DNA of 64,000 nt from an uncultured Planctomycetales bacterium (GCA_964373175.1 CAYJTP010000001.1:41654-105653); one strand, 5' to 3'. Positions 26,037 through 36,004 are shown, numbered from the stretch's first letter. Made by a program: numbers and translations. The notes: a model not told the origin generated them from the letters alone.

Positions 26037-27487
26037 GTCTCAGTGCGCGCTGGGACCAGGGTGACTGACCGACCATGCAAGGGGATCACATAGTCGCGCC
26101 GCGCTCGAGCCAACTGCACCTCGACCCTCCTCCGGAAGTTGGCTCCTGCCTCGTTCAGTTCACCAACAATGGCGTCGCTCACCTGGCGCACGGTCTGATC
26201 ATCAAAGTATTTGTCCGTGGTTTCCCATTTCCCATCGGGAACGATCCGCCATCGATGGAACGACCAATCTCGATGTACGCCGAGTTGCATCCGTACCCGT
26301 GCCAGGACGTTCGAGGAACGCGTCGACCTGGGCCACTGCACACCATAGGCCAATGCTTTGCATCGCTGCAGTCGAACCCTCTGACCGTCTCGGCCGTTGA
26401 GCGATGCCAAGATGCACGCGGCGACTCGGTCATGAGCACGACCATCGACCCGATAGAACCAATCTTGAATCACGTCGGTGAGGCGCTGTCGAATGTGCGT
26501 GGGAACCTCAAAGCCACCTCGCAAGATCTCCCTCAGGTTCCCCTTCAGCTCCTCCTCTGAACCACACGGAATGCTGACCGCCTCGACCGAGGGGATCTTC
26601 ACCGCATCAGGCATCCATGCTGGCGACAGGGTTGGCACACCGACCATGCCGGCTTCCACCCCTGTGGTACAGTTCTTCTGAATGAGGGCTTTGGACCGGA
26701 GGATCCAACCTTCCACCGTTCCTGACTTCACTAAGTGCAAGTTCGGCAGAGGCTCCAGCAGTTCCTGATACCTGTCAGTGCGTTCAAATGGATGAGGTCG
26801 ATAGACAAACGTCGCCGTGGGGAATTCCCGGGCCAGGCCGTTCGACAACGCGGTCAAGCCTCTCATCAACTGCCGCTCGCGCTGCTGAACGCCCAACAGT
26901 TCCTGCTGATCCTGCCCAAACCACTTGACGGTTGCCGCGACAACGCTTTCCGGAGTGAGCGCGATCGGGTTGGCAAGCGGAAAGTTTCCATTGATGAGCA
27001 CCAGGGGCTGTCCGTATCGCTCGACATACCCGGACGCTTCCAGAGCTGCCCGACGCCATGGCTCCACATAGAAATCCGATCGGGGCGTCCCGGTGAGCCT
27101 GACCTGTCGTGACGAATACCTGCCGCTGCGAAGGACGTAGTCGGCCAACAGCAGCCCCCAGCTACAGAAAAACTCCGCCTGGTCTCGCAACGTCTGGTCG
27201 TCACCCATCGCCTCGGCATACATCTCGATGCTCGGGAGCACCCCTCCCTCTTTGTCCAAGACACCAAACGGAATGCCCGCTGACACGAGGGCCCGGACAA
27301 AGGGTTCGTTCGTTTTATGCATCTGATTCACCAGCACAAAGTCTGGGGCCAAGGCGGGGATTTCGCTCCATCGCAGGTTGTATGGGACGAGATGTGACAC
27401 GATCCCTTCTTGGCACAGCCGATGGGCCACCAACACTGCGCTGGGGATGTCCCGGTAGGGACTATCCACGATTAACGCGACCCGCAT
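26033..27487 (-). CDS. surface-carbohydrate biosynthesis protein, putative GT-B-fold (CMP-sugar-dependent?) transferase
   Basis: 484 aa, soluble. Same tentative family as 19399..20679 (paired hydrophobic beta-alpha segments, TGVEAGMVGVPTL). Assignment is tentative. Confidence 0.5.
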   Translation of the reverse strand: MRVALIVDSPYRDIPSAVLVAHRLCQEGIVSHLVPYNLRWSEIPALAPDFVLVNQMHKTNEPFVRALVSAGIPFGVLDKEGGVLPSIEMYAEAMGDDQTLRDQAEFFCSWGLLLADYVLRSGRYSSRQVRLTGTPRSDFYVEPWRRAALEASGYVERYGQPLVLINGNFPLANPIALTPESVVAATVKWFGQDQQELLGVQQRERQLMRGLTALSNGLAREFPTATFVYRPHPFERTDRYQELLEPLPNLHLVKSGTVEGWILRSKALIQKNCTTGVEAGMVGVPTLSPAWMPDAVKIPSVEAVSIPCGSEEELKGNLREILRGGFEVPTHIRQRLTDVIQDWFYRVDGRAHDRVAACILASLNGRDGQRVRLQRCKALAYGVQWPRSTRSSNVLARVRMQLGVHRDWSFHRWRIVPDGKWETTDKYFDDQTVRQVSDAIVGELNEAGANFRRRVEVQLARARRDYVIPLHGRSVTLVPARTET

Positions 27488-29010
27488 CCTCGGAATCCTT
27501 CCTCGGCCACCCGCAGGGCTCCTCGTCCGTCGACCAGCTGCTGTCCTGTCGAGGACATGTGGTCCTGTAATTGTTCATCGTCTCGCAAGCGGTTCACCAA
27601 ACGCGACACACGGGACAGCAGCCTTGGATCCCCTGCCCGGCCGGCGAACTGAACGGCTCCGAGACCAGCCAGGGCCTTCAGTTGTGCTCGTTGATTCTCG
27701 GCCACCTCAATAGCGATCGTTGGACATCCGACACAGGCCAGCTCATAGAGCGATTGCCCTCCCGCGGTAATCGCCACATCGGCCTGCACCATGTAGTCAA
27801 CCAGTTGCGTGGGGCTCTCCACGACACACACGGGACGCCTGAGTCGCTTGACCAGCGATCTGATCCGTTCTGGGTTTTTGAAAAACGGCCCAAGGATCGC
27901 GGTCACGCTGAACTCGCCTTTTAATTCCTCTAAGAGACCCAGCAACCCTGGCATCAGGTGATGGGGATCCGAACCACCCCCGAGCATCACCAACACCTCC
28001 TGCACTCTTGGGCGTGGTCTCCGTCTGGGAGGACTCCAAAATTCCGGACGAAGCAGGGCGTACGCTGGACCCAACAGGAACCGCGTGTCTCCCGATGAGG
28101 AACGGTAGGACAGGTTGCGCGCATGGGCACCGGGGCTGACGACCAGCTGACAGGGAAACGGAAAACGGCCCAGATCGTCAATGGCCATGACGAACAAGCC
28201 GGCCGCTCGCAAACGAAGGAGGTACTCTGCGTCCACATGGTAGGAATCCACCACGACCCCTTCGCACCGACACCGGGCGGAGATCGCCAGCGTGTGTAAC
28301 AGGTCGGACGGTCCACCTCGTTCGATACCATTCATGCGCTCACTCTGAAAACCAAGGCCGGACAGGTGCCTCTCCACACCAGGGTCCCCATCGGACAGGA
28401 AGCAGGAACTGAGCCCCTTTTTGAATGCGAAGGCCTTTGCCAACGCACAGCAGCGCTGGAAATGGCCCAGCCCGCTCTTCGCGCTCGCGTCCACACGGAA
28501 CAGCATCTGTCGTGGTTCCTGTTGGCGATCCCGGTACACGAACTCCAGCACCTCCCCTTCAGCAGATCGCCGCGTGAGAGCCAACACGAACCCAACCCGC
28601 TCAAATGCCTTTCGAGAGGCGTCGTTACCCGCTTTGACCAGCGCCACAACCCGCTCGATCCGATCCCACTTCAGTGCCAACTGGCATACGCGGCGGATGG
28701 CGCTCACCCCATACCCCTGTCCTCGTTCGGCAGAATCCACGCTGAGGTGAATGAAGACGTCAGGAATCTTTGCCTCCAGCCGAACATACCCGATGGGGGT
28801 CTTTGATTCATTGAGGATGACGAACAGCGTCACCGTGGGATCGCGCAGGACCCGGTGGTACCAGTTCTTGTGGAGCGGATACTCAATGGGTGTCATGTCG
28901 AAGGAGGCCCGGCGCGTCTCCGGTTCGTTCCTCCACTCCCAGATACGCCGGCAATCCTCCGGTGTCCCTCGCCGCAGTGTGACCGTCGGCGATCCCGCCA
29001 CCTCACGCAA
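27472..29010 (-). CDS. bifunctional PseH-like GNAT N-acetyltransferase / PseG-like UDP-2,4-diacetamido-2,4,6-trideoxyhexose hydrolase (MurG-like GT-B)
   Basis: N-terminal GNAT (TPEDCRRIWEWRNEPE..., VALVKAGNDASRKAFERVGF). C-terminal MurG/PseG-like domain (LVMLGGGSDPHH..., ITAGGQSLYELACVGCPTIAI). The track ORF starts at GTG 29058; TTG at 29010 is preceded by AGGAGG with a 6-nt spacer and sits 2 nt after the upstream stop. Confidence 0.7.
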   Translation of the reverse strand: MREVAGSPTVTLRRGTPEDCRRIWEWRNEPETRRASFDMTPIEYPLHKNWYHRVLRDPTVTLFVILNESKTPIGYVRLEAKIPDVFIHLSVDSAERGQGYGVSAIRRVCQLALKWDRIERVVALVKAGNDASRKAFERVGFVLALTRRSAEGEVLEFVYRDRQQEPRQMLFRVDASAKSGLGHFQRCCALAKAFAFKKGLSSCFLSDGDPGVERHLSGLGFQSERMNGIERGGPSDLLHTLAISARCRCEGVVVDSYHVDAEYLLRLRAAGLFVMAIDDLGRFPFPCQLVVSPGAHARNLSYRSSSGDTRFLLGPAYALLRPEFWSPPRRRPRPRVQEVLVMLGGGSDPHHLMPGLLGLLEELKGEFSVTAILGPFFKNPERIRSLVKRLRRPVCVVESPTQLVDYMVQADVAITAGGQSLYELACVGCPTIAIEVAENQRAQLKALAGLGAVQFAGRAGDPRLLSRVSRLVNRLRDDEQLQDHMSSTGQQLVDGRGALRVAEEGFRGCGSR

Positions 29011-30061
29011 CGTCACCCTCCTGCAGCGCTGATTCAGCCGCAATGGCTCGCCGCACACGCCTGCCGAGCAGCTCGTCGAAGCGCTCCGGCTTCACTCCTC
29101 CATCCAAATTCCCACACCGCAGGACCGCGATGTTGTCGCGGGTCAAGACCTCTCCCGAGATGAGCTGCCGAACCGCGAAGATACTCCGGCGCGCAAACTT
29201 CCTCAACTCCGCCTCAACGGCCTGGACCGTCTTTTCACCGGATCCCAAGGCTCGTTCTCCTTCGCGGATCTTCTGAACCATCTGGTGCAATTCATGGGGC
29301 TCAAGCGCAAACGAGTGATCCGGCCCAGGCAGTGCGTTGCTTAAGGTGAAATGCTTTTCGATGAGGTCCGCCCCTAAGGCGACGGCGGACAAGGGCCCAA
29401 CAACCGGATCGCGCGAGTGGTCTGAGAATCCCACGGGGACACCAAATGCGGCTTTCATGCTCGCAACCGCCCGGAGATTCAGAGACTCCAGGGGTGCAGG
29501 ATACGCCGCCGTACAGTGCATCAAGATCAGGTCGCCGTTTCCGGTCCGTCGGAATTCCTCAACCGTGTTGGACACCTCCTCCAAGTTCGCGGCGCCCGTG
29601 GAGATGATCACCGGCTTGCCCTTCTTCGCTATATGTCGCACGAGGGGAATGTGGGTCATCTCATAGGAGGCAATCTTGAAGGCGACCACGTAGGGGTGAA
29701 GACGATCTGCCGTCTCTTCGTCGAACACAGAAGCAAGGAAGAGGATGTCTTTTTCCCGACAGTAGGCCGACAGCTCCGGCAACCATTCATAGGGCATCTG
29801 CATCTCGGCGATGATGTCATAGATGGAACGAGGATCCTTCAGGTACTCGCTGTGGCCCGCCCCTTTTGGATAGAGCGTCTCCGCACGGAACAGTTGGAAC
29901 TTCACGGCATCGGCGTTGGCAGAGGCCGCCACATCGATGAGTCGCTTGGCCTGCTGAAGACTGCCGTTATGGTTGCTGCCCGCCTCCGCGATGATGCAAC
30001 AAGGCTGCCCGTCGCCGATCCATCGACTGCCAATCCGCACCTTGGAAACCCCTGGTGTCAT
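29003..30061 (-). CDS. pseI: pseudaminic acid synthase / N-acetylneuraminate synthase family with C-terminal SAF domain (PseI-like)
   Basis: 352 aa. CCIIAEAGSNHNGSLQQAKRLID...DAVKFQ...GFSDHS plus a C-terminal SAF domain. Adjacent to the PseH/G fusion. Confidence 0.8.
   Translation of the reverse strand: MTPGVSKVRIGSRWIGDGQPCCIIAEAGSNHNGSLQQAKRLIDVAASANADAVKFQLFRAETLYPKGAGHSEYLKDPRSIYDIIAEMQMPYEWLPELSAYCREKDILFLASVFDEETADRLHPYVVAFKIASYEMTHIPLVRHIAKKGKPVIISTGAANLEEVSNTVEEFRRTGNGDLILMHCTAAYPAPLESLNLRAVASMKAAFGVPVGFSDHSRDPVVGPLSAVALGADLIEKHFTLSNALPGPDHSFALEPHELHQMVQKIREGERALGSGEKTVQAVEAELRKFARRSIFAVRQLISGEVLTRDNIAVLRCGNLDGGVKPERFDELLGRRVRRAIAAESALQEGDVA
29017..29022 (-). promoter_or_regulatory. 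Shine-Dalgarno AGGAGG for the TTG start of the PseH/PseG fusion
   Basis: Perfect AGGAGG 6 nt upstream of the in-frame TTG at 29010. Confidence 0.4.
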
Positions 30062-30095
30062 TGTGCTGCCTGCATGCCTGCTGCCAAATCGCCTC

Positions 30096-32093
30096 TTACG
30101 GTTCCCGGAATACCGGCTGCACCGGTTCTCCTTGCAACCGACTTCTCACATCGTCCGATCGAATAGCCGTGGCCAGAACCTGCAGGGCTTCCCGATACGC
30201 GCGAAGCGTCTGCTCGACATCCGCGTCGCTGTGGCTGTACGAGATATTCTGGCCTCCAGAAAACAGGATTCCCCTCTTGACGCATTCTTGTTGGAACAAA
30301 CTTTTGAGCGCCAGAGACTGTCTTTCCCTGTCGTCTGTGAAGACGATCACGGTGCGAGGCGGCAGACCGATGCACTCGGTGGTACGCTCTAAGCCCAACG
30401 CTCGTGCCAGCGCGTTGTATCCGTCCTTCAGCTTCCGTCCCTGGTTCCACAGGTGCTGGATCACGTCTTTCTCCCGAATCTCCGTAATCGTCGCCATGGC
30501 CGCAGCAAGGGACAGCGTCTCTCCTCCAAAGGTACATGAGAAGAAGACCTCGTCGAACAGCTTCATGATCTCTGCCCGACCAACCACAGCCGCCAGAGGA
30601 TAGCCGTTGGCCATGGCTTTACCAAGGCAGGTCAGATCTGGGATAACCCCAAGGAGCTCTTGCGCCCCACCTACGGCCAGACGAAACCCAGTGATCACCT
30701 CGTCAAAGATCAACACGGCACCCTCGCGGTGGGCCAGCTCCCGGACCTGTTGCAAGAAGCCCTCGAGGGGCTCCACCACGCCGACGGGCTCCATGATGAC
30801 GGCTGCCACTTGGCCAGGATGCTCGGCGAAGATGCGCTTCAAGCTGTCAAGGTTGTTGTACTCAAACGGGATCGTGAGTTCCCGGACCACCTTTGGTACA
30901 CCGTTGTTCCGACTTGTCGTGCCGATGTACCAATCCTGCCAGCCGTGGTACCCGCAGCAGGTGATCAGATCGCGTCCGGTGTAGGCACGCGCCACCCTCA
31001 CCGCTCCGGCCGTCGCGTCGGATCCGTTCTTGGCAAAGCGGACCATCTGCGCAGACGGAATGATGCGGGTGAGCATCTCGGCCAGCTCCACTTCCAAGGG
31101 ATGAGGCAAGGTGAAGGTCGTCCCGTCTTCGAGCTGACGCAGCACCGCCTTCGTGACCGACGGATAGTTGTGACCGAGAATCACTGGCCCCAGGGCCATC
31201 GGGTAATCAATGTACTCGTTCCCGTCGACGTCCCACACACGACACCCCTGGCCACGCTTCAAGAACACAGGAGATGCTCCTTGGATAAACTGCGTGGGGC
31301 CTTTGCTGAACGTCTGCGAACACGAGGGGATCAAAACGCTCGCCTTTTTCTTGAGTTCAAGGGAACGAGCGAGCCTGCGACGGTTGATCTGGGCAAGAGC
31401 GGGTTCTCGTTCCAGAAGCTGAAGGATCTCTTTGAAACCAAAGGAGAGCCCGTTCGAACTGAGTCTCGCATAGACCGAGCGGACAAACTCCAGATCAGAC
31501 GGTTCATCCACTGCCCAATGGAGATTCAGCGGGGAGAGATCGACCTCATGTTCGACATTGCGGGTGCGAAAGCGACCCGACGTGCGGAGGTACGGTGTGA
31601 CATGCTCCCGTTCCGCAGATGACCGGGCCTCCTGGTGGGCCCTCTCTAGGGCCTGAAAACTGAAGACCTCCACATCGAGACCATCGGGATAAGTATAGCG
31701 GAGCGTGTTGGTGACATAGTCGTAGCCTCCCTCACGGTACGCAGCCACAACCCGATCCAACACCTCTGGGTCGATCAGCGGACAATCCGCTGTGATGCGG
31801 GCGACCACATCGGCCTTAACCTGCTTGGCCACCTCGTACGTGCGACCCAGGACATCGTGTTCGCTACCCCGAAGACATCGAATCCCGTCCTTCCGGCAGA
31901 ACTCGACAATGGCGTCATCGATGGGCTCTGTCGAGGTCGCGACCACCACCTCGTCCACCTGCCGAGCTTGGCGGACCTGACCGACCACCCGCTTGAGCAG
32001 TGGCATTCCAGCGACGTCCATGAGGACCTTCCCGGGTAACCGGGTTGAGCCCATTCGCGCCTGGATCACGGCCACCACCCGCTCCTCCTTCAT
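30096..32093 (-). CDS. fusion of SpsF/NeuA-like cytidylyltransferase and class-III (glutamate-1-semialdehyde aminomutase-like) PLP aminotransferase
   Basis: 665 aa. N-terminus VAVIQARMGSTRLPGKVL (SpsF/CMP-sugar synthetase-like). C-terminus HNYPSV..., FDEVITGFRLAVGGAQ..., LTCLGKAMANGYPL (class III aminotransferase with PLP lysine). Confidence 0.75.
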   Translation of the reverse strand: MKEERVVAVIQARMGSTRLPGKVLMDVAGMPLLKRVVGQVRQARQVDEVVVATSTEPIDDAIVEFCRKDGIRCLRGSEHDVLGRTYEVAKQVKADVVARITADCPLIDPEVLDRVVAAYREGGYDYVTNTLRYTYPDGLDVEVFSFQALERAHQEARSSAEREHVTPYLRTSGRFRTRNVEHEVDLSPLNLHWAVDEPSDLEFVRSVYARLSSNGLSFGFKEILQLLEREPALAQINRRRLARSLELKKKASVLIPSCSQTFSKGPTQFIQGASPVFLKRGQGCRVWDVDGNEYIDYPMALGPVILGHNYPSVTKAVLRQLEDGTTFTLPHPLEVELAEMLTRIIPSAQMVRFAKNGSDATAGAVRVARAYTGRDLITCCGYHGWQDWYIGTTSRNNGVPKVVRELTIPFEYNNLDSLKRIFAEHPGQVAAVIMEPVGVVEPLEGFLQQVRELAHREGAVLIFDEVITGFRLAVGGAQELLGVIPDLTCLGKAMANGYPLAAVVGRAEIMKLFDEVFFSCTFGGETLSLAAAMATITEIREKDVIQHLWNQGRKLKDGYNALARALGLERTTECIGLPPRTVIVFTDDRERQSLALKSLFQQECVKRGILFSGGQNISYSHSDADVEQTLRAYREALQVLATAIRSDDVRSRLQGEPVQPVFREP

Positions 32094-33445
32094 CGGGGTT
32101 CCTCCACCGCAGGGTGGATCTCGGAACCGACTCTCCCGCAGTGATGATCGATAAAATCCACCAGGCCCTTGTCGCGAAACCGTTCGAGGTACGCAAGGAC
32201 CTTCTCATACGGCAGGCCGTGCTTCTGAGCGATATCAAGGACCGTCATGCGGCCGTCAAAATACCGTGGCAGACAATCCATCAGGTAGTTCCACTGTCGT
32301 TGCTCCATCTCCACCTCTGGCCGGATGGAAGGATCGGCCGTCGGGATGTACAGGTCATACTTCGGGTGACTCAGGGCCACCAAACCATCGAATTTTCGAT
32401 GCAGCCGGCTATTGGTTTCCAGGATTCTGACCAAGTCAAGCACCACGTCGACAGCCTCCTCCAAACGATGTTCCGAGATAATGCGGTCCGTATCATGGCT
32501 TGAGTGATACTCCGGAAAGGGAAAGCGAGAGAGCGAAATCGTGGGAATCTCGTACCCCGGCGCTTCCCACACGGTCTCATCGTTGCCGACGATCTTCCGA
32601 AACCGGTCAGCAAAGAAGTCAGGGTGCCGATGCCGCAGCACCTGATGCATCGCCCGGTCCAGCTCAGAGGCCCCTGTAAACGACTCTTGGAGGGCGAATC
32701 GATTGTCATTACCGAGGCACTCCAGAAAGACGGCTCCCCTGAAATGCGCCAATTCGGCCTTGGTCCGAGGCGCCAGATAGAAGACGGTCCCATGATGCTC
32801 TGGGGCAATGATGAGGCGATAGCTGTAGCGCCGCTCCGACTGGCTCTTCAGGTGTTTCATGACCTCCACACCAACGACGACCCCGGAGATGTCATCGTTG
32901 GCCTGACCCGCATGGCAATTGTGGGCGTTCAGGACGATGGTGTCCTGCGTATCTCCGGGAAGCAGGTAATCGCAGACCTTCATCGTGCCGGCCTCGTGGA
33001 CCGTCTCGAGGATCACCTCATACGTTCCTGGCTCCAGCTGATTGGACAAGGTCTGCGGCACAGAGAATCCCCAATCCTTCTGACCAACTTTGTAGTACAG
33101 GTCGCAATGATAGACCAGGGCGTCTGGCCATGTCGGATGGAAGAAGAGGTGCCGTTTCAACTCTTCTCGATCCACCGTGCCCTGAAACGGTTGTGAGTAG
33201 CCGATGACCCCAAGCGGATGCGCGAGGCCGTCATACACCACCCGACCGTGGCGACGGATCTCGGCGCGTCGGACTTCCCATTTCCACGGAATGACCCAGC
33301 CGTTATGTTCCTGACCAGACGCGTACGCATGGACCGTGAAGGGTAGCTCTTCACAGAGCAGTTCTGTACATCGGTCCAGGCCGCTGGAGACCGGAGCCAA
33401 CCGGAGAGGGTACAACGTTCGTAAGAGGTTCAGCATACCTGCCAT
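32090..33445 (-). CDS. DUF4910 / M28-aminopeptidase-like domain protein with C-terminal winged helix
   Basis: 451 aa. Central region with His/Asp/Glu-rich metal-site-like segments (AHNCHAGQANDDISGVVVG..., IAPEHHG). Architecture resembles aminopeptidase-like-domain proteins found in glycan loci. Tentative. Confidence 0.5.
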   Translation of the reverse strand: MAGMLNLLRTLYPLRLAPVSSGLDRCTELLCEELPFTVHAYASGQEHNGWVIPWKWEVRRAEIRRHGRVVYDGLAHPLGVIGYSQPFQGTVDREELKRHLFFHPTWPDALVYHCDLYYKVGQKDWGFSVPQTLSNQLEPGTYEVILETVHEAGTMKVCDYLLPGDTQDTIVLNAHNCHAGQANDDISGVVVGVEVMKHLKSQSERRYSYRLIIAPEHHGTVFYLAPRTKAELAHFRGAVFLECLGNDNRFALQESFTGASELDRAMHQVLRHRHPDFFADRFRKIVGNDETVWEAPGYEIPTISLSRFPFPEYHSSHDTDRIISEHRLEEAVDVVLDLVRILETNSRLHRKFDGLVALSHPKYDLYIPTADPSIRPEVEMEQRQWNYLMDCLPRYFDGRMTVLDIAQKHGLPYEKVLAYLERFRDKGLVDFIDHHCGRVGSEIHPAVEEPR

Positions 33446-33450
33446 GAGGG

Positions 33451-34032
33451 TTAGGACGTGTCCTCGGGTCGAACCAATCCAAACAACACCTCGTCCACGT
33501 AGGGGCCGTTACAGGCATACTGCTGAGGCCGAAGCCCCTCTTGGATGAACTGGGCCTTTCGGAGCGCCTTGGCGGACCCGATGTTGGTGGCGTAGCAGCC
33601 TGCGGTCACCTTGTGGAGCCCCAGCTCACGGAAGGCGTACTCAGTCACGAGCCGAATCGCCTCCGTGGCGTACCCCTGCCCCCACGCCGATTTCTCGCCG
33701 ATCAGGAAGCCCAGGTCCGCCGTCCGGTGAGCCCAGTTGATCGGCCCCAATTTAATATTGCCGATGTGCCGATCCCCCGCCTTCAGGATGATGGCCAGGA
33801 ACAGATAGTCAGGGTTTCGCGTGATCTGGGTCACGTAGTCCTCCAACGAAGCTCGGGTGTGCTGGACAAAGCGGCATTCCAGGTATTGGGTCACCTCTTG
33901 ATCATTCATCCAGCGGCAATACGCCTCCGTCACATCAGCAGTCTGTATTGGTCGAAGAGAGATCCGCTTGCCTGCAAGGAGCGGCCGGTGAACGGCAACG
34001 GTCCCGCTCGGGTCGTTGGCGATCGTGGTCAT
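33451..34032 (-). CDS. GNAT-family N-acetyltransferase (RimL-like)
   Basis: 193 aa. HIGNIKLGPINWAHRTADLGFLIGEKSAWGQGYATEA is the RimL-like acyl-CoA-binding core. Confidence 0.75.
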   Translation of the reverse strand: MTTIANDPSGTVAVHRPLLAGKRISLRPIQTADVTEAYCRWMNDQEVTQYLECRFVQHTRASLEDYVTQITRNPDYLFLAIILKAGDRHIGNIKLGPINWAHRTADLGFLIGEKSAWGQGYATEAIRLVTEYAFRELGLHKVTAGCYATNIGSAKALRKAQFIQEGLRPQQYACNGPYVDEVLFGLVRPEDTS

Positions 34033-35063
34033 CCCGCCCCCACCGTCTTCAGGCGCAGCCCCCTCGCATCGTAGCCAGCCCTGTCCATCATGGCGGCTTC
34101 CACATACCGGCGCGGTGTGTAAAACCGCTGCCCAAGCCGCAGCTGGCTGACGAGATTCTCTCCCGCGTCGTTCAACACCGTTTTGATCACGAGGGTCCCG
34201 TCGTGGGTGGCCACTGAGACACCCTCTGGCCCCTTGCGATAGATGAGCCCAGCCTGGAATGGATGGAATGGCCCATCGTCAGCATGGGCCGTGCAGCCCT
34301 TCAGTCGAACCCGCTTGCCGTTCAAGAACGTCGCCGCACCTGCATACGGATTATCGAACGCGCAGAGGAAGGCTTCGAGATCCTTCGTCCCCCATGCCCA
34401 ATCGGCGTATCCGTGATGGGCGGTCGACAGACGAGGAAAGTAGCTGCTCGTCGCCTCGTCCAGGCGCACCCGCCTGAAGGTCGTGCCTTCACGGACTTGC
34501 TGGAGGAATTCCTCGAGAAACTGTTGGCCCTCCTCGAGGACGATCGCGACGTCATCGGCTGGAATCCTTGCGGACTCAGGAAGGACATACTCCTGGGCCT
34601 TAATCACGTCGCCAACGTCAAGTTCTTCCTCGATCAGCTGGATGTAACAGCCCCACTGTCGGTCCCGGCGCATGATCCGCCAGGAGTGGTGCGCCCCGCC
34701 CCGGTAACGCGGCAAGGGGATGGGATGAACGTTGACGAACCGCTCTGCCAACAACTCCAGGAGTGGTTTCTTAAACACCCACGCTGGACCCATCGCCACC
34801 CCCAGGGTCGTTGGATGGATGTGTCGCGGAACCCGTTCATCGTCGTTGATCTCCTCCGAGCTGAAGCAGGGCAGATCCGCACGACGAAGCGCCTCTGCCA
34901 AGGTCAGTCCCTCTGCTGTCACAGGCTCCTCAGCGTGTCGCGGAGCGGTAAAAATGGTGGCGGCAAATCCCAGGGACTCAAGCTTGGGCGCTATTCGGGC
35001 AAGCAGCGCTCCACCCCCAATGATGAGGAGATGGTCGATCGGACCAAAACAGATCGTTGGCAT
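34029..35063 (-). CDS. formyltransferase family (Fmt/ArnA-N-terminal-like sugar N-formyltransferase candidate)
   Basis: 344 aa. Formyl_trans_N-like core (FVNVHPIPLPRYRGGAHHSW, with the SLLP-equivalent catalytic region) plus a C-terminal domain. Confidence 0.7.
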   Translation of the reverse strand: MPTICFGPIDHLLIIGGGALLARIAPKLESLGFAATIFTAPRHAEEPVTAEGLTLAEALRRADLPCFSSEEINDDERVPRHIHPTTLGVAMGPAWVFKKPLLELLAERFVNVHPIPLPRYRGGAHHSWRIMRRDRQWGCYIQLIEEELDVGDVIKAQEYVLPESARIPADDVAIVLEEGQQFLEEFLQQVREGTTFRRVRLDEATSSYFPRLSTAHHGYADWAWGTKDLEAFLCAFDNPYAGAATFLNGKRVRLKGCTAHADDGPFHPFQAGLIYRKGPEGVSVATHDGTLVIKTVLNDAGENLVSQLRLGQRFYTPRRYVEAAMMDRAGYDARGLRLKTVGAG

Positions 35064-35069
35064 GAGACG

Positions 35070-35900
35070 CTAGGAGACCCGAACGTTGAGTCCCGCCTGT
35101 TTCATGTAGGCCCTGGCTTTAATGACGCTCTGGTCCGTAAAGTGGAAAATGGAGGCCGCCGCAACGGCGGAGGCTCCTCCGAGCGTCACCGCTTCCACGA
35201 GATGCTGGAGCGTTCCTGCCCCACCAGCCACAATGACCGGGCAGTCCACGGCATCGGCGACGGCTCGAATCAGCCTTAGGTCATAGCCCAATCCGGTTCC
35301 GTCCCGATCGATGGACGTCAAAAAGATCTCCCCTGCCCCTGCCTCGAGCGCAGTCCGAGTCCAGCAGACCGGTTCGAGACCTGTCGGCTCCTTGCCCCCC
35401 TGTATGAACACCTCGTAACGATCCGGCACAACCTGCTTCGCATCGATGGCCACGACCACACTTTGGCTGCCGAAACGGACCGCGCAGTCCCCGATCAGCT
35501 TGGGGTTTAAGACGGCCGCCGTGTTGATGGCAACTTTATCCGCTCCTGCCTCAAGCAACCTTCGAGCATCCTCAACCGTTCTCACGCCGCCGCCAACGGT
35601 CAGCGGCATGAAGCAGGCCTCGGCCGCCTTCGCAACGACTTCGAGAAGGGTGGAACGATTTTCCTGGGTCGCTGTAATGTCCAGGAATACCAACTCATCG
35701 GCCCCTTGCGCGTCGTAGACCTTTGCAGCGGTGACTGGGTGCCCCACGTCCCGAAAATTATCGAACCGGATGCCCTTGACGCAGCGACCGTTCGACACGA
35801 GCAATGTCGGAATGAGGCGAATCTTCAGCGGGCACACGCACTCCGCCGTCGACCCTTCGACGCGGGCCACGGCCTCCCCGGCCCGCCTGGAGAACAGCAT
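35070..35900 (-). CDS. HisF-like imidazole-glycerol-phosphate-synthase cyclase subunit homolog (WbuY-like)
   Basis: [22 protein letters not shown]...DELVFLDI...AINTAAV matches HisF. Start uncertain: ATG at 35900 chosen, GTG at 35840 or ATG at 35996 possible. The track ORF (to 36086) carries a Pro/Arg-rich extension. Confidence 0.7.
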   Translation of the reverse strand: MLFSRRAGEAVARVEGSTAECVCPLKIRLIPTLLVSNGRCVKGIRFDNFRDVGHPVTAAKVYDAQGADELVFLDITATQENRSTLLEVVAKAAEACFMPLTVGGGVRTVEDARRLLEAGADKVAINTAAVLNPKLIGDCAVRFGSQSVVVAIDAKQVVPDRYEVFIQGGKEPTGLEPVCWTRTALEAGAGEIFLTSIDRDGTGLGYDLRLIRAVADAVDCPVIVAGGAGTLQHLVEAVTLGGASAVAAASIFHFTDQSVIKARAYMKQAGLNVRVS

Positions 35901-36004
35901 GCCGGGGCGGGCTGGCCGTGGGCCCTTGCTCAGGATGTCACCCCGAATGGGCGAAGAACAGGTGCCACCCCGCATTGGCGGGGTGGGGCTCCACATCTGG
36001 AGTG

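Noticed and set aside
19399-27487. Calling the two 'surface carbohydrate biosynthesis' proteins (19399..20679, 26033..27487) KpsC/KpsS beta-Kdo transferases or sialyltransferases
   Set aside because: Only a generic GT-B-like C-terminal pattern is visible and no family-specific motif could be confirmed by eye, so they are left as tentative.
35901-36004. 104-nt apparent gap between the HisH-like and HisF-like genes as a possible small RNA or regulatory site
   Set aside because: The gap is in frame with HisF and encodes a Pro/Arg-rich peptide, so it is more likely an unresolved start-codon choice than a separate element.
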